Source: Candidatus Altarchaeum sp. (GTDB lineage Archaea; Altiarchaeota; Altiarchaeia; Altiarchaeales; Altiarchaeaceae). From it: a DNA stretch of 36,613 bases. The stretch lies in the NCBI GenBank assembly GCA_018260615.1, contig JAGWDQ010000096.1, positions 1 through 36,613 of the forward strand, given 5' to 3'. This document shows positions 35,100-36,613 of the stretch, piece by piece (position 1 is the first letter of the stretch; each line of letters starts with the position of its first letter). The notes beneath the pieces were generated by a model. The model did not search any database. It saw only the letters and a list, made by a program, of their open reading frames with translations, and was not told the origin of the DNA. The position numbers and the translations under genes are program-made.

Positions 35100-35163
35100 G
35101 AGTATTACCTCGATGTTGCCCGGAAATTTCAGAATTTGTTTCTAAAATGCACGAATAATAAAA

Positions 35164-36378
35164 ATGTTACTTGAATTTCTGCTTTTTGCTTTTATCGGCA
35201 TAATAATTGGCTTTATTACAGGGTTAATTCCTGGTTTTCACATAAATAATGTTGCAATTATTATGATTTCCTTACTTCCTGTTACGGGATTGCTGCCTTT
35301 GGAGTTTGCAGTTATTCTGATATCCGCAATGATCGTTCATCAGTTTATAGAATTTATCCCGACGCTGTTTCTCGGCGCTCCGCAGGAGGCAACTGCTTTA
35401 AGTTTGCTTCCTGCACAACGTTTAATTTTGGAAGGCAAGGCGATGGATGCCGCATACTTTACATTATTCGGGGCAATATTCGGATTGTTCTTTGCTTTAA
35501 TTCTGTCGGTTTTTGCATTCCTGTTTCTTCCCGTTATTTATGAGGCGTCAAGAAATTTTATCGTATTTGTTCTCATAATTGTTGTTGCCGCTCTGTTGTT
35601 GTATGAAAAAAAAATTTATAAAATTTTAACCGCTCTTTTTGTATTTGTGCTTTCGGGATATTTCGGACTGCTCGTGTTAAATTTAAATTTCTTCTCACCG
35701 TCGCAGGTGTTTTTTCCCGTATTTGCGGGATTGTTTGGATTGAGTACCTTGCTTGTTAATGTAATCACTTATAAAGAGGGAAAGCAAATTTCACAGATTC
35801 CGAATGTGACTGTAAAACCATGCAAAAATTTCTATGCGGCGGGCTTTTTAGGGGCGTTTGCGGGAATGATTGCCGGAACATTGCCCGGGATAAGTGCTTC
35901 GCAGATAGGAACGCTGATGGCGATCGTTTTCAGGAATAGTGTCGGGGCGTTTATGATTTCGGTTTCCGCCATAAATTTATCAGACAGCATATTTTCGCTC
36001 ATTGCAATTTATACAATCGGAAATGCGCGCAGCGGAGTAGCGGTTATGATTGATTCAATTATGGATATAACTTTCGGGGAAATTTTACTGTTTATAGGAG
36101 TTATCCTGTTTGTTTCGTTCTTTGCAGTTGTGCTTTTTCATAAGACATCAAAAATTGCAGTGAAATGGACGGGAAGAATAAACAGCAGAAATTTAAATAT
36201 ATTTTCTTTTGTATTGATTTGCATCGCAGTTATTATTCTTACCGGAATTTATGGGATATTTATTGCTTTGGTTGGAATGTGTATCGGGCTGATTTCAATA
36301 TCTGGCAATGTAAACAGAACGCATGCGATGGGGGTTTTGTTAGTTCCGACAATTTTGTTTTTTCTGGGAATAAGATAG
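35164..36378 (+). CDS. Tripartite tricarboxylate transporter TctA-like permease (archaeal type)
   Basis: G.ITGLIPGFHIN, FIEFIP.LFLGAP, LLPA.RL.L.G, FAGLFGLSTLL and GNARSG; multi-pass hydrophobic. Confidence 0.88.
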   Translation: MLLEFLLFAFIGIIIGFITGLIPGFHINNVAIIMISLLPVTGLLPLEFAVILISAMIVHQFIEFIPTLFLGAPQEATALSLLPAQRLILEGKAMDAAYFTLFGAIFGLFFALILSVFAFLFLPVIYEASRNFIVFVLIIVVAALLLYEKKIYKILTALFVFVLSGYFGLLVLNLNFFSPSQVFFPVFAGLFGLSTLLVNVITYKEGKQISQIPNVTVKPCKNFYAAGFLGAFAGMIAGTLPGISASQIGTLMAIVFRNSVGAFMISVSAINLSDSIFSLIAIYTIGNARSGVAVMIDSIMDITFGEILLFIGVILFVSFFAVVLFHKTSKIAVKWTGRINSRNLNIFSFVLICIAVIILTGIYGIFIALVGMCIGLISISGNVNRTHAMGVLLVPTILFFLGIR

Positions 36379-36524
36379 AAATTTATTGCAACAATTAGAC
36401 CTACGATAATTATACTCATAAGTTTAATAAAATTTTTTCAACAAGCGAAATATATTTTTCGGGAATTTTTGCCATTCTCATTCCTCCTGCTAAAATTTCA
36501 GCATCGTTCCAACTTTTCTTTCTT

Positions 36525-36613
36525 TAAAAAAATCAGAAGAATACTCACACAAAGCCACAAAGTCACCAGGTTACAGAATATAACTCCTTTGTGTCTCTGT
36601 GTCTTGGTGTGAG
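36525..36613. repeat. Inverted copy of the element at 85-173
   Basis: The reverse complement matches 85-173 at 86/89 positions. Confidence 0.92.

Noticed and set aside
340-36398. Numerous 60-140 aa antisense or alternate-frame ORFs in the track (e.g. 2860-3111, 3395-3754, 4722-5045, 12324-12743, 15095-15472, 22841-23200)
   Set aside because: They are shadows of well-supported genes with no family motifs.
1-36613. Whole window as a giant transposon bounded by the 89-bp inverted repeats
   Set aside because: The content is core (ribosomal operon, tRNAs), there is no transposase, and a related copy sits internally; repeat-induced contig ends are the simpler explanation.

Overview
AT-rich archaeal chromosomal segment. 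The ribosomal proteins are archaeal-type, and the gene content and composition suggest an Altiarchaeota (Ca. Altiarchaeum)-like organism (inference). The housekeeping backbone comprises the S10-type ribosomal cluster (L3 to S17 with SUI1 and RNase P Rpp29), tRNA-Ser(CGA), tRNA-Arg(GCG), hjc, an EndoIII-like glycosylase, isocitrate dehydrogenase, Xaa-Pro peptidase, cobS, mtnA plus a class II aldolase, leuD, mptE, a DHPS-like protein, a gpi-rpe-transketolase cluster and a TctA-like permease. Accessory or conflict modules are interleaved with it. The strongest sequence-level observations are: (1) a 1607-bp transposase-less cassette (13977-15583) with perfect 13-bp terminal inverted repeats and an 8-bp TATAAAAT target duplication, carrying a TIR-domain gene plus an antitoxin/PIN toxin pair; (2) a nested insertion in radC, where an in-frame ~95-aa foreign domain was later split by a 341-bp MITE whose removal exactly restores the frame; (3) an active P-loop ATPase paired with a degenerate-ATPase/TPR-array protein; (4) a modular family of hairpin plus TCCGAACGAAGTGAGG repeats that sits at an identical offset behind both tRNAs, shows a compensatory base change, and has entered coding sequence. 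No CRISPR array, rRNA or transposase was found.
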